In this document: positions 1 through 8,236 of the stretch, piece by piece
Layout of the letters: every line of letters starts with the position of its first letter
Position numbering within the stretch: position 1 is the stretch's first letter
Assembly: GCA_000388065.2 (NCBI GenBank)
Contig: KB932204.1
Reading direction: 5' to 3' (one strand)
Length of the DNA stretch: 9,465 nucleotides
Source: Fonticula alba ATCC 38817
Taxonomy: Eukaryota > Protista > Nucleariida
Notes under the pieces: model-generated
Database searches by the model: none
The model's input: only the letters and a program-made list of their open reading frames with translations
Told to the model about the DNA's origin: nothing
Position numbers and translations under genes: made by a program

Positions 1-759
1 CCCTCGGCTCTGCGATCGCAGCTCTGGCGCGTTGCCTTGCGGCGGTGCCCGCCCCTGAAGAAGCGCGCGGTGGTGTACCTGCAGCTGGTCTTGCTGGATT
101 GCCTCTCCAACCAGGTTTTCTACCACTGCGTGGCGGAATTCTCCTCCCGGTCGGCCACCTACTCCAAGTTCAACACCGTGCGCGTGCTGGCCGCCTCGTC
201 GGCGGGGCACCCGTCGCACGGGCTGTTCGCCCATTCCCCGGCCCACGGGCACTCGCCCTTCGGATCGGCGAATTCCCTGTCCCCCTCGCAGCCCAGCTCC
301 GTCCGTCGCGTGTCCTCCGTCGGCAACATCTCGGATTTGAGCCGGCCCACGCCGGCCGGCGGCCAGGCCGCGAGTGGCGGCGCCTCCCCCGGCGGCCCGC
401 GGCAGCCGCCCCTCCGCGCGCGGGCCTTCTCAACCAGCAGCCATACGCTGCTGCACGCGCAGCACCCGATGACACGCCGGGCCCCGGTTGGAGCCCCCGC
501 CACCCCGGCGGCCGGGCGCACCGCCTCCGAGCCGGCGGACGCCCGGTCGCCGGGTGCCCTGCCGGCGGCCGGCGGCTCCAGCAGCCCTCCCTACGAGCAC
601 TCGCCCCCTCGTACGACGTCCCTCCCGTCGGCCGGCACCGGCACCGGCACCGGCACGGCCGACTCGGCGCCCCCCTCGGACCACCGGTCTCCGTGGGCCT
701 CGCCCCTGGCCAGCTGGACCCGGCCCTCCAGCGCGGTGTCGGCCTCGGATTTGTCCGCC
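1..759 (+). CDS. Exon (5'-truncated) of the ATG4-fusion gene: hydrophobic segment LWRVALRRCPPLKKRAVVYLQLVLLDCLSNQVFYHCVAEF followed by an S/P/A/G-rich disordered region
   Basis: Frame 1 is open from base 1 with strong C/G third-position bias. It ends at the donor GTGCGT at 760 (phase 0). The listed start at 37 is a TTG, not a real start. Confidence 0.75.
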
Positions 760-1654
760 GTGCGTGTCGGCGCCCCTGGCGGTGCCCCTCCTTCCTGTCG
801 GTCCCCTTGCTCCCTTCTCGCGTCCCTCTTGCTCCTGGTCCCCCGGCCCCCGGCCCCCTCGGCTTCGCTCTCCCTGCCACGCATGCGCGCCCCCTCCACC
901 GGCTCTCCGACTCACCATCCGCCCCCCCCCCTCCTCCTCCCGGCTTGCGCGCCCGGTCCGACCTGCAGAGCGACTTCGTCATCACCAAGCACCAGTTCCC
1001 CGAGTACGATGACTCGCCCCCCCCGCCGGCGGATCCCCTGCACCAGGACTTCGTGCTGCCCCTGTACTCGCTCGACCGGCCGACCTCCCTGCTGAGTCTC
1101 AGCTCCGCCGGTGGGGGTGCCAGCGCAAGCGGCACCGGGCTCTCGCGCGAAGTATCCCCCACCCCCCCGGGGTCGCGCTTCCCCCTGTCGACCGCCGGGA
1201 ATTCCCTCTCCGGCGGACACCCGCGCGACCCGGTCATCCTCCCGCCCTCGGCCAGTGACCCGCACTTCGACCTGACCCTGCAAGAGGGCCCCGAGACCTC
1301 GGACTCCGAGCCGCTTTCGGCCTGCCCCTCGCCGCTCGGTGCCGATCGGCTCTCCTCCCTTCACATTGCCTCGTCGCGGGCCGAGGGCCGCGGCCGCCCC
1401 GGCGACACCGCCGCCCCGCCCAGCGCCACCACCTCGCCCGGGGGCACGCCCCTGGCCCCGGACGCCCCGCTGGAGTCCATCTCCTCGCTGGACAGCCTGG
1501 ATGACGACTTCTTCGATGTCAACACCGAGGCCTTCGACTTCCCGCCGCCCAATGCCGATCCCAATGCCTCGGCCGTGTCGGACTCCCCTGTGCGTGCCAT
1601 TGCGCCCGGCCATCGGGCCCCGGGCTCGTGTGCCCCCTCGACCCGGCTAACATG

Positions 1655-1688
<34 letters not shown>

Positions 1689-2840
1689 CCATGCCAGCTG
1701 TCTCGGCGGTTTGCCGTGGACTNNNNNNNNNNNNNNNNNNNNNNNNNNNNNNNNNNNNNNNNNNNNNNNNNNNNNNNNNNNNNNNNNNNNNNNNNNNNNN
1801 NNNNNNNNNNNNNNNNNNNNNNNNNNNNNNNNNNNNNNNNNNNNNNNNNNNNNNNNNNNNNNNNNNNNNNNNNNNNNNNNNNNNNNNNNNNNNNNNNNNG
1901 TGCCGGCGCCAGCGGGCATCGAGCGATATCCTCATCGTGCGCGGGCCCAGTTGCGCGCCCCTCCCCCTCCTTTCCCTCCCTTGTCCCCCCTCCGTTGCCT
2001 TCCCTCCGTTGCTTGCCCTCCGTGGCCCCTCCTCCGTTGTTTTCTTCCCCCCTCTCCCCCCTCCCTCCCTCCCCCCTCCCTCGCCCTCTCCCTGCGTCTG
2101 CCTCTCCGCTCCTACCATCGCCCGAACCTCACCAGTCCCACTGACCCCCCCCCCCCCCCCTCTCCCCCCTCCCTCAATGTGGTATCCTCCTGGCGATGCG
2201 CCCCTGCCCCCGGGCATGCCCCCACTGACGTGCGACGTGCCGCCCTGCCTTTTCAGCCTTGGTCCTGTCCCCGGAGCAACTCCGGTACTTCCACACCCTG
2301 GACCGGCGGCTCATGCTCCTGGCACCGTCCTCCTTCACCCAGTGCTTCTGCGGGCTGGCCTGCCATCCGGATGCCTGCTGCTATGTCCGCGTGTCGACCA
2401 CCCTGCCCCCGCTGTGGCTCCTGTCCGACGACACCATCGACCAGCTGGCCACCCCGGTGGAGCTGGCCAGCCCGGCGGCGTCCGGCTCCCGGACGGCGTC
2501 CAAGACCCCGGCGCCGCCGGCCGGCCCGGTGCCCAGCCCCGCCCACTCGGCCTGCGATCTGGTCCCCTTCTACTCGCGCCTGCGGCTCATCAGCGACAAG
2601 GCGTCCCTCCTGTCCCTGTCGACCCTCAGCACGCCGGCCGGCTTGGTGTGCCTCTCCAGCCTCCTGACGCACCTGGCCCTGCCGGCGGCCGCGGCATTCG
2701 GCGACTCGGTCGATGGCCCCGCCGGGGGGGCCTCCTCGGGGGGCCTGGCCACCGGCGATGCCGCCGGCGCCTCGACCGGCGGCGCCGGGTCTCACGAGTC
2801 CCCCTCCGGCCTGGCGGCCCGGGCATCGGCCATGCGCTGG

Positions 2841-2878
<38 letters not shown>

Positions 2879-5632
2879 CAGCAGTGGTGGCGGCGGCGGC
2901 GGCAGCGGCGGCGTCGGCGTCGGCGGCAACCCCGTGGACCGGGATCTGCCCGGGCATGGGGCTCCTGGCGGCCCGGCGACCGGGCCGGCCGGGGCATCTG
3001 GCCGGCCGGCCTCGGCTCTGCAGCAGGCCGCCCCGACGGCCATCCCGTCGCCGGCGGCGCAGCTGTCCAACCGGGTGTCGCAGCTCCTGCCCATCAGCTC
3101 GTCGATCAGCCGCTACGCGCGCTTTGTCTACTGCCTGAACGGGCTGCCCTCGTTGACGGCCAGCAATGTGGCCTCGCTGGCCGTGCGCAACATCTTCCTC
3201 GGGCTGACGGGCAACCTGGCCCGGCTGGCTCGGAAGGATGCCCCCTCATGGCCCGGGTCCCTGCCTCCGCTGGTGCCGGTGCACGTGCTGTCCCTGCTGG
3301 CGGCCATCATCGAGTCGCGCCTCTTTTCCCTGTACACCGCCCGCGGGGACTTGGACGCCCGCGACTCGACCAGCAGCATGAGCAGCATCCTGGCGTCGGC
3401 GGCGGCGGCCGCGGCCTCGGGCAATCCCGGCGACCCGGGCGCCATCCGGCAGCACCGCTTCTCCAAGAAGAGCCCGAACATCCTGCAGCTGGAGTTCGAG
3501 CATCCGCACCTGCCACACCTGACCTTCCAGGTGTCGCTCTTGGAGTTCAACACCCCGCTGCAGCTGACCGGCCCCGGGGCCACCGGGGCCGGGGTGGATT
3601 ATGCGTCCCTGGTGGAGGGCGACACGCCGGCCGTCGGCCCGGCCGGCACGGCGCCCCTCATGATCCACGACCAGGTGGTGGACATCTGCTGCTTCTTCCA
3701 GCCGGCCGGGGCGGCAAGCGACAAGTCCGAGGCCGGGGCCTCCGGGGGGCCGGGGGCCATGCCCGGGTCGGCTTCCGGGCATCCCCATGGCCCGGGGTCC
3801 CCGGCGGCGGCCATCCGCCAGCTGGTCGAGTGTCTGACCCGGCCGCTGCCCGGCCTGGCCGGCCAGGGGATCCTGCACCCGGTCTTCCGCGAGGGGCTGC
3901 TTGCGGATGTCCTCAGCATCGGGGTCGACTCGACCTACAACTCGGTTTGCCCGCGCGAGACCACCTGCACGCCGGACAGCTGCCTGCTCATGCAGGCCGA
4001 ATTCGAGGCGCCCTTCCTGCACTCCGGCAGCGAGCCCGCCCCGGACCCTGGGGCCGCCTCTCCCAGCCCGGCCCGATGCCTGGGGTCGCACTATGCCGGC
4101 TCCGGCCGCGGCAGCCTGGCGCACATCCCCCACGCCTCTTTGGCCCTCCAGTCGGAGGTCTTCATCCGCGCGCCGACGCTGGCCGGTACGCCGCCTTGCC
4201 CCCATGCCTGCCGCGGGGTGTGCGCATGGCCACGTCGCATCGCTCCTCCCCCTCCCCATGCTAACTCCTCCTCCTCCCCCCCCCCCCCTCTCCCCCCCGC
4301 CCAGCTGCGCCCTGGTTCCGCATGGAGATGTCCATCTACTCCAATGGCGCCCTGCTCTTTGGGCCCTCTCCGCCCGAGAGCATCCCCCTTCACATGCCTG
4401 TGCATGAGGTGCCCACGACGGCTGACGCGCGCGAAGGCGGCCGCTCGCAGGCCTCCTTCTCCGGGCCCGACCGGCAGATCATGCTGTCCAACACCCTGAT
4501 CCACTTGCACCCCCACGAAAAGGAGATCCATCTGTACGGCCCCCGGTGTGCCCCCCTTGCCTCGCGTCTCGGGCCGCTTCCCCCCCCCCCCCCCTTCTAA
4601 CCTCCGTGCCCGTCCGCCTGCGCCCATGCCCACAGCATCTCCCACTCGATCATGCTGATGATTTGCATCCCGAATGGTGATGAGTTCGACCGCTGGACCA
4701 CACAGCTGATTCCCTTCGTGACGGAGCAGCTCCTGCCCCAGTCGCTGAAGCCCTGGGAATGGCCACACCTGATCCGGTCCCACCTGTCATCTGCACGGCC
4801 TTTGGTCGCTGCATCTGCCGCGGCCGCGGCCGCCAGCACGGCCTCCTCCTCGGCCAAGACCGCCCCCGCTTCCGAGTCGGCCGGCGGATCCACGGCCCTT
4901 GGCTCGCTGGACGATCTGGCGCCCGGCGGCGCGCCGGCCGGAGCGCCGGCCGATGCGCCGGACCCCCAGGCCGCCGAGTTGCCCAACGCCGGGGTCCTGC
5001 CACCAGCGGCTGCCTCCGAGCACCCGCACCAGCCGCCCCGGCTGTCGCCCGCCTCGCCGACGGCCCCCGCCGCCCCGGCTGCCGGCAGCGGCAGCGGCAG
5101 CGGCAGCGGCAGCAGCTCTGGCAGCCGGTTCATGGGCCGCATGCGCAACCCCGCCAAGAAAATCCAGTCCTGGCGGCTGTCCCTCTCCTCCAGCCAGCAC
5201 TCGTCGTCGGGATCCGGCTCCTCGACGAAGGCCGCCAGCGCCGAGGCGGCGGCCGCGGACCCGGCCGACACGACGACCGTTTCCCTGGCCGCGGCCGACG
5301 CGCCTCCCCGGCGCCCGACCGTCCACTATCGGTCCGGCTCCAATGACTATCTGGAGACATTCAAGTCGTTCATGCGCATGCCGGGCAACTTCAGCAGCAG
5401 CAGCAGCTCCTCGCTGGCCGGGCGCCATTCCGGCGGGTCTTCCCGCGATCCGTCCAGCTCGCTGGCCTCCGGCAGCGGCTCTGGCGATGACTCGATGAGC
5501 CAGTTGGAAGATTCGTTTGTCCTGCTGGAGGACCCGGACCCGGTGTCGCCCCGGCGCATGGTGGGGTCCCTCTCGCGCGAGGACCTGCCGGCGGACCGCT
5601 GCCCGGACATCACCATCACCGCCGAGGCCGAT

Positions 5633-5669
<37 letters not shown>

Positions 5670-6127
5670 ATCGGCCGGCCCCCCTCGGGGGCCCCTCGCT
5701 GCCTGTGGACATGCTGCTGGACTCGCCGAGTGACGCGCTGGTCGCCGGTCGGGCGGCGGCCCCGGGGCCGGCTGCCGAGCTTGAAACGACCACAACCCCG
5801 GGGCCGGGCTTGAGCAACATGTCTCTGGGCTCCAGCAATGTGTCCGTCTCGTCGACGACCGCCGGCGCGGAGGATGCCGCCGAAGCGGCCGCCAAGGACC
5901 TGGCCGCGGCCAAATTCCCCCACCGGTCCTTCCTGAATCGCTTCTACTCGCTCTTCTGGTTCACCTACCGCCGGGACTTCCCCCGAATCGAGCCCTCGGC
6001 CTTCACCTCGGATGCCGGGTGGGGGTGCATGCTGCGGACTTCGCAGATGCTCCTGGCCGAGGCGTATGCCAGGGTTCTCCTGGCGCCGGGGTTCCTGGCC
6101 TTCCAGCTGGATTCCGCGGCCAGTGTC

Positions 6128-6158
<31 letters not shown>

Positions 6159-7597
6159 GCAGCAGCTCCTTCTCCGACACCGGCGGGAGCCCCGCCCCTC
6201 GGCCGACCCGGTCAACCGACACCAGCCGATGGGTGTTGGACCAGGCCCCGAAGAAGTACAACCGCCTGGTCAATTACCGGGCCCTGCTGACCTGGTTCGC
6301 GGACTACCCCTCGGCCTCGTTCGGCATCCAGCAATTTGCCCAAGTGGGCCGGCAGTTTAACCGCCGGATTGGCGAGTGGTTCGGGCCCCTGACCTCGGCG
6401 CTGGTCATCCGCCAGCTGATGGCCCAGCATGATCGCCGGCGCCTGGCGGTCTACATCAACCGGTACAACAGCATCTACTCGGATTTGGCCCTGCTGACGG
6501 CGGCCGACCCGGTGACCGGCCAATGGCGGCCGCTGTTGATTCTGCTGCCCCTGCGCCTGGGCCCCGAGGCGCTGATCGAGCCGCGGCACTTTGCCTGTGT
6601 CCGGGGGTTCCTCCACCTGCCCTGGAGCGTGGGCATCGCCGGTGGCCGGCCCAGCAAGAGCCTCTACTTTGTGGCCAGCCGCGGCCCGCGGGAGCTCATG
6701 TTCCTGGACCCGCACTCGATCAATCCCCATGTGGACCCGTCCCAGCTGCGGATGTTCCCCTCGGAGACGCACCACTGCACCAATGTCCGATCGATGTCGG
6801 TCGAGCAGATGGATCCCAACATGCTGGTGGGCTTCATCGTGCGGACCCCGTCGGAGTTCCGGGACTTCATGCGGCATGTGCGCCGTGGCCCGCCGCTGTC
6901 GGCCATGGCCGACAGCACGCCGGCCTCCGGGGCAGCCCCGGGCGGCGGCCCCGGCAGTGGCCCCTCCTCGGGCGGGTCGTCCAGCTCCGGGGCCAGTTCC
7001 TCCGGCGCCGGGCCGACCCTGGCCGCGGTGGACACCTCGCGCTATGATGGCTGGCCGTCGGTCATCGAGGAGTCCCCGCACTTCCACTACCTGGAGTATG
7101 TGGAAGAGATGGTGTCCACGGGGATCTGGCCAGCCGAGTATGGCCGGCAGCAGATCGAGCGCCGGCGCTCCTCGGCCGAGATCCTGACCGCCATGATGCG
7201 GCCCCGGTCGTCGGGCCCGGCTGCTGACCCTCTGCCGGACTTGCGGCCGCCGGTGCGTGCCGTGTCGGCCGGCCGCCGGCCGGCCCACCATCTGTCCTCG
7301 GTTACCGGGGGCAGCGGGACGGCCTCCTCGGCCTCCAGCATGTACGAGCGCTCGGATGGCGGGTATCTGCGCCCGGGCAACACCGGGCACACGACGGCCA
7401 CCTTGCGCTCGGCGCCCTCCACCCCCCCGTCGGCATCGGGCGCGGTCGCGGCATCGGCCTCCCTGGGCACCCTGCATGCTCCGGCTGGCAGCCTGGCCGG
7501 CTCCTTCGCCGACGACGATGACAGCGACCTGGCAGCCTTCGTCACGCCGACCGGGGTCGATGGCAGTGTCCTCGGGCTGTCCCCTCACCATTCCTAG
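1..7597 (+). CDS. Multi-exon gene, 5'-partial: large protein with unassigned N-terminal/central regions, a PH-like domain and a C-terminal ATG4 (peptidase C54) domain. Model: join(<1..759,969..1589,1698..gap..~1936,2257..4185,4305..4545,4636..7597)
   Basis: Introns 760-968, 1590-1697, 4186-4304 and 4546-4635 each have a GT donor, a CTRAC branch point, a C-rich tract and a CAG acceptor. Each is phase-compatible with the C/G-ending coding frame on both sides. No stop occurs in the spliced 2257-7597 frame until TAG 7595-7597. The connection across the N gap (1723-1899) is unverified. Confidence 0.7.
760..968 (+). other. Spliceosomal intron (209 nt, phase 0)
   Basis: GTGCGT at 760, CTCAC at 911-915, C-rich tract, CTGCAG ending at 968. 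It joins frame 1 (...DLSA) to frame 3 (SDFVITKH...). Confidence 0.8.
969..1589 (+). CDS. Internal exon (207 codons), mostly disordered, with the acidic motif SLDSLDDDFFDVNTEAFDF
   Basis: Frame 3 is open with coding-like codon usage between the AG at 968 and GTGCGT at 1590. Confidence 0.8.
1590..1697 (+). other. Spliceosomal intron (108 nt, phase 0) containing a C30 run
   Basis: GTGCGT at 1590, GCTAAC at 1646-1651, poly-C at 1658-1687, CCAG ending at 1697. Confidence 0.8.
1698..1722 (+). CDS. Start of an internal exon (LSRRFAVD...) that runs into the assembly gap
   Basis: In frame with the preceding exon after splicing. Its 3' end is hidden by Ns. Confidence 0.65.
1723..1899. other. Assembly gap (177 N)
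   Basis: Run of Ns seen directly. It begins 35 nt after a C30 homopolymer. Confidence 1.
1937..2256 (+). other. Spliceosomal intron (phase 1); acceptor well supported, donor uncertain
   Basis: C/T-rich interior, CTGAC at 2225-2229, TTTCAG ending at 2256. The best donor is GTGCGC at 1937. Alternatives are GTTGCG at 1950 and GTGCCG at 1900; each is phase 1 in a different frame, and the gap hides which frame is used. Confidence 0.6.
2257..4185 (+). CDS. Large internal exon (about 643 codons): globular-looking segments of unknown family separated by low-complexity S/G/A/P inserts
   Basis: Frame 3 is open (ORF 2259..4499) with coding-like codon bias up to the donor GTACGC at 4186. After that the sequence becomes intron-like. 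Confidence 0.85.
2844..2903 (+). repeat. Coding (AGC)n/(GGC)n trinucleotide repeat encoding poly-Ser then poly-Gly
   Basis: Tandem AGC and GGC units seen directly. Confidence 0.95.
4186..4304 (+). other. Spliceosomal intron (119 nt, phase 1)
   Basis: GTACGC at 4186, CTAAC at 4261-4265, C tract, CCAG ending at 4304. G|CT gives Ala and switches frame 3 to frame 2 (APWFRMEMSIY...). Confidence 0.85.
4305..4545 (+). CDS. Internal exon encoding the middle of the PH-like domain
   Basis: Corresponds to ORF 4322..4600 and is bounded by phase-compatible splice sites. Confidence 0.8.
4546..4635 (+). other. Spliceosomal intron (90 nt, phase 2) joining the upstream exons to the ATG4 exon
   Basis: GTGTGC at 4546, C tract, TTCTAAC at 4595-4601, CACAG ending at 4635. 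CG|C gives Arg and the junction reads HLYGPR-ISHSIMLMIC. Confidence 0.8.
4636..7597 (+). CDS. ATG4: Terminal exon (987 codons including the stop) containing the ATG4 cysteine protease domain
   Basis: Single open frame to TAG 7595-7597. Motifs FWFTYRRDF, SDAGWGCMLRTSQMLLA, GEWFGP, LLILLPLRLG, GIAGGRP..SLYF and FLDPH are characteristic of ATG4. Confidence 0.93.
5633..5668 (+). repeat. Coding (GCC)12 encoding poly-Ala12
   Basis: Perfect GCC repeat in the frame of the ATG4 exon. Confidence 0.95.
5930..6880 (+). other. ATG4: Peptidase C54 (ATG4) catalytic domain with intact Cys-Asp-His triad
   Basis: Tyr of FTYR at 5966-5968, Cys of GWGCM at 6026-6028, Trp of WFGP at 6377-6379, Asp at 6707-6709 and His at 6713-6715 (DPH). 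Confidence 0.93.
6128..6166 (+). repeat. Coding (GGC)9(AGC)4 encoding Gly9-Ser, inserted inside the C54 domain
   Basis: Seen directly between the GWGCM helix region and the YRALLTWF segment. Confidence 0.9.
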
Positions 7598-7744
7598 ACG
7601 CTGGCTCCGTCTCACTTTTTAGATTCTTGTGCTCCCCCCTCCCCCCCTCCTCCCTCTCCCTTCACAGACCTTCCCCTTGCTTGCTCCACAGGTGTATTCC
7701 CATGCGACCGCCGCACGCGCCGGTGCATGACCAATATGATCTGC

Positions 7745-7769
7745 GTGTGTGTGTGTGTGTGTGTGTGTG
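7745..7769. repeat. (GT)12 microsatellite
   Basis: Seen directly. Confidence 0.98.
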
Positions 7770-8234
7770 CCCGGTCGGTCGATCGAGCTCATTTCCTCGC
7801 TCCCCCCCGGAAACACACATCATGCAGGCATCCTCGGCGCGCGTGTGTGTGTCCCACTTCCCATAGCAATATACATTTTCCTTCGTGTATCTTTTGCCGG
7901 CCCGTGGCTTCTTGTTGTGCTCTTTCGACACGCGCACGTTCGCACCCGCGCGGGGCGCAACTGTGCTCCCCCCTCGCCGCCTTTTCCATGCCCCATGCCG
8001 ACGTGCGTGGAGGGCCTCCCTCCGGGCCTGGACCTCATATTCCTTCGCCCGGAGGCAGGCACGCCGAATGTGCGAATCCCACTGTCATCGGTGCAGGAGG
8101 AGAGTGCCTCATTGGTTTTGTATGTCACGGCCACCCCGCGTGTCTCGGTCGGCGACATGCACACAGACTGGGGGCAAGAAAAAAGGAAGGAAGGAGAAAA
8201 ACGTGCGCAAAAGAATACCTTGTAGTCCGGGCAA

Positions 8235-8236
<2 letters not shown>

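Larger units (their letters stand above)
4152..4735 (+). other. Putative PH-like domain spanning three exons
   Basis: The spliced sequence SEVFIRAP..PWFRMEMSIYSNGALLFG..IPL..IMLSNTLIHLHP.EKEIHLYGP..SIMLMICIPNGDEFDRWTTQLIPFV shows about seven short hydrophobic strands, a Trp in the second strand and a terminal helix with Trp (DEFDRW). Pattern recognition only; no HMM was run. Confidence 0.5.

Noticed and set aside
45-968. N-terminal part of the 699-aa ORF (frame 3) and the C-terminal part of ORF 37..1095
   Set aside because: Frame 1 has the coding-like codons up to 759 and frame 3 only from 969. The remainder is off-frame or intron read-through.
1926-2190. U12-like 5' splice motifs ATATCCTC (1926) and GTATCCTCC (2182)
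   Set aside because: They are imperfect matches to RTATCCTTT, and no TCCTTAAC-type branch point lies 10-20 nt upstream of a usable acceptor. Standard U2-type signals explain the region.
4652-7597. Stand-alone 981-aa ATG4 starting at ATG 4652
   Set aside because: The frame is open back to an acceptor at 4635 and splices in phase to upstream exons. The Met falls inside the PH-like segment. Not formally excluded without RNA data.
159-7622. Many overlapping long ORFs on the minus strand and in alternative plus frames
   Set aside because: These are R/G/P/A-rich shadow ORFs expected in very GC-rich coding DNA with few stop codons. They show no recognisable motifs.
7629-7691. Possible 3' UTR intron (GTGCTC...CCACAG) after the ATG4 stop
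   Set aside because: The donor is weak, there is no clear CTRAC branch point, it is shorter than the other introns, and several competing AGs are present. It cannot be supported without transcripts.
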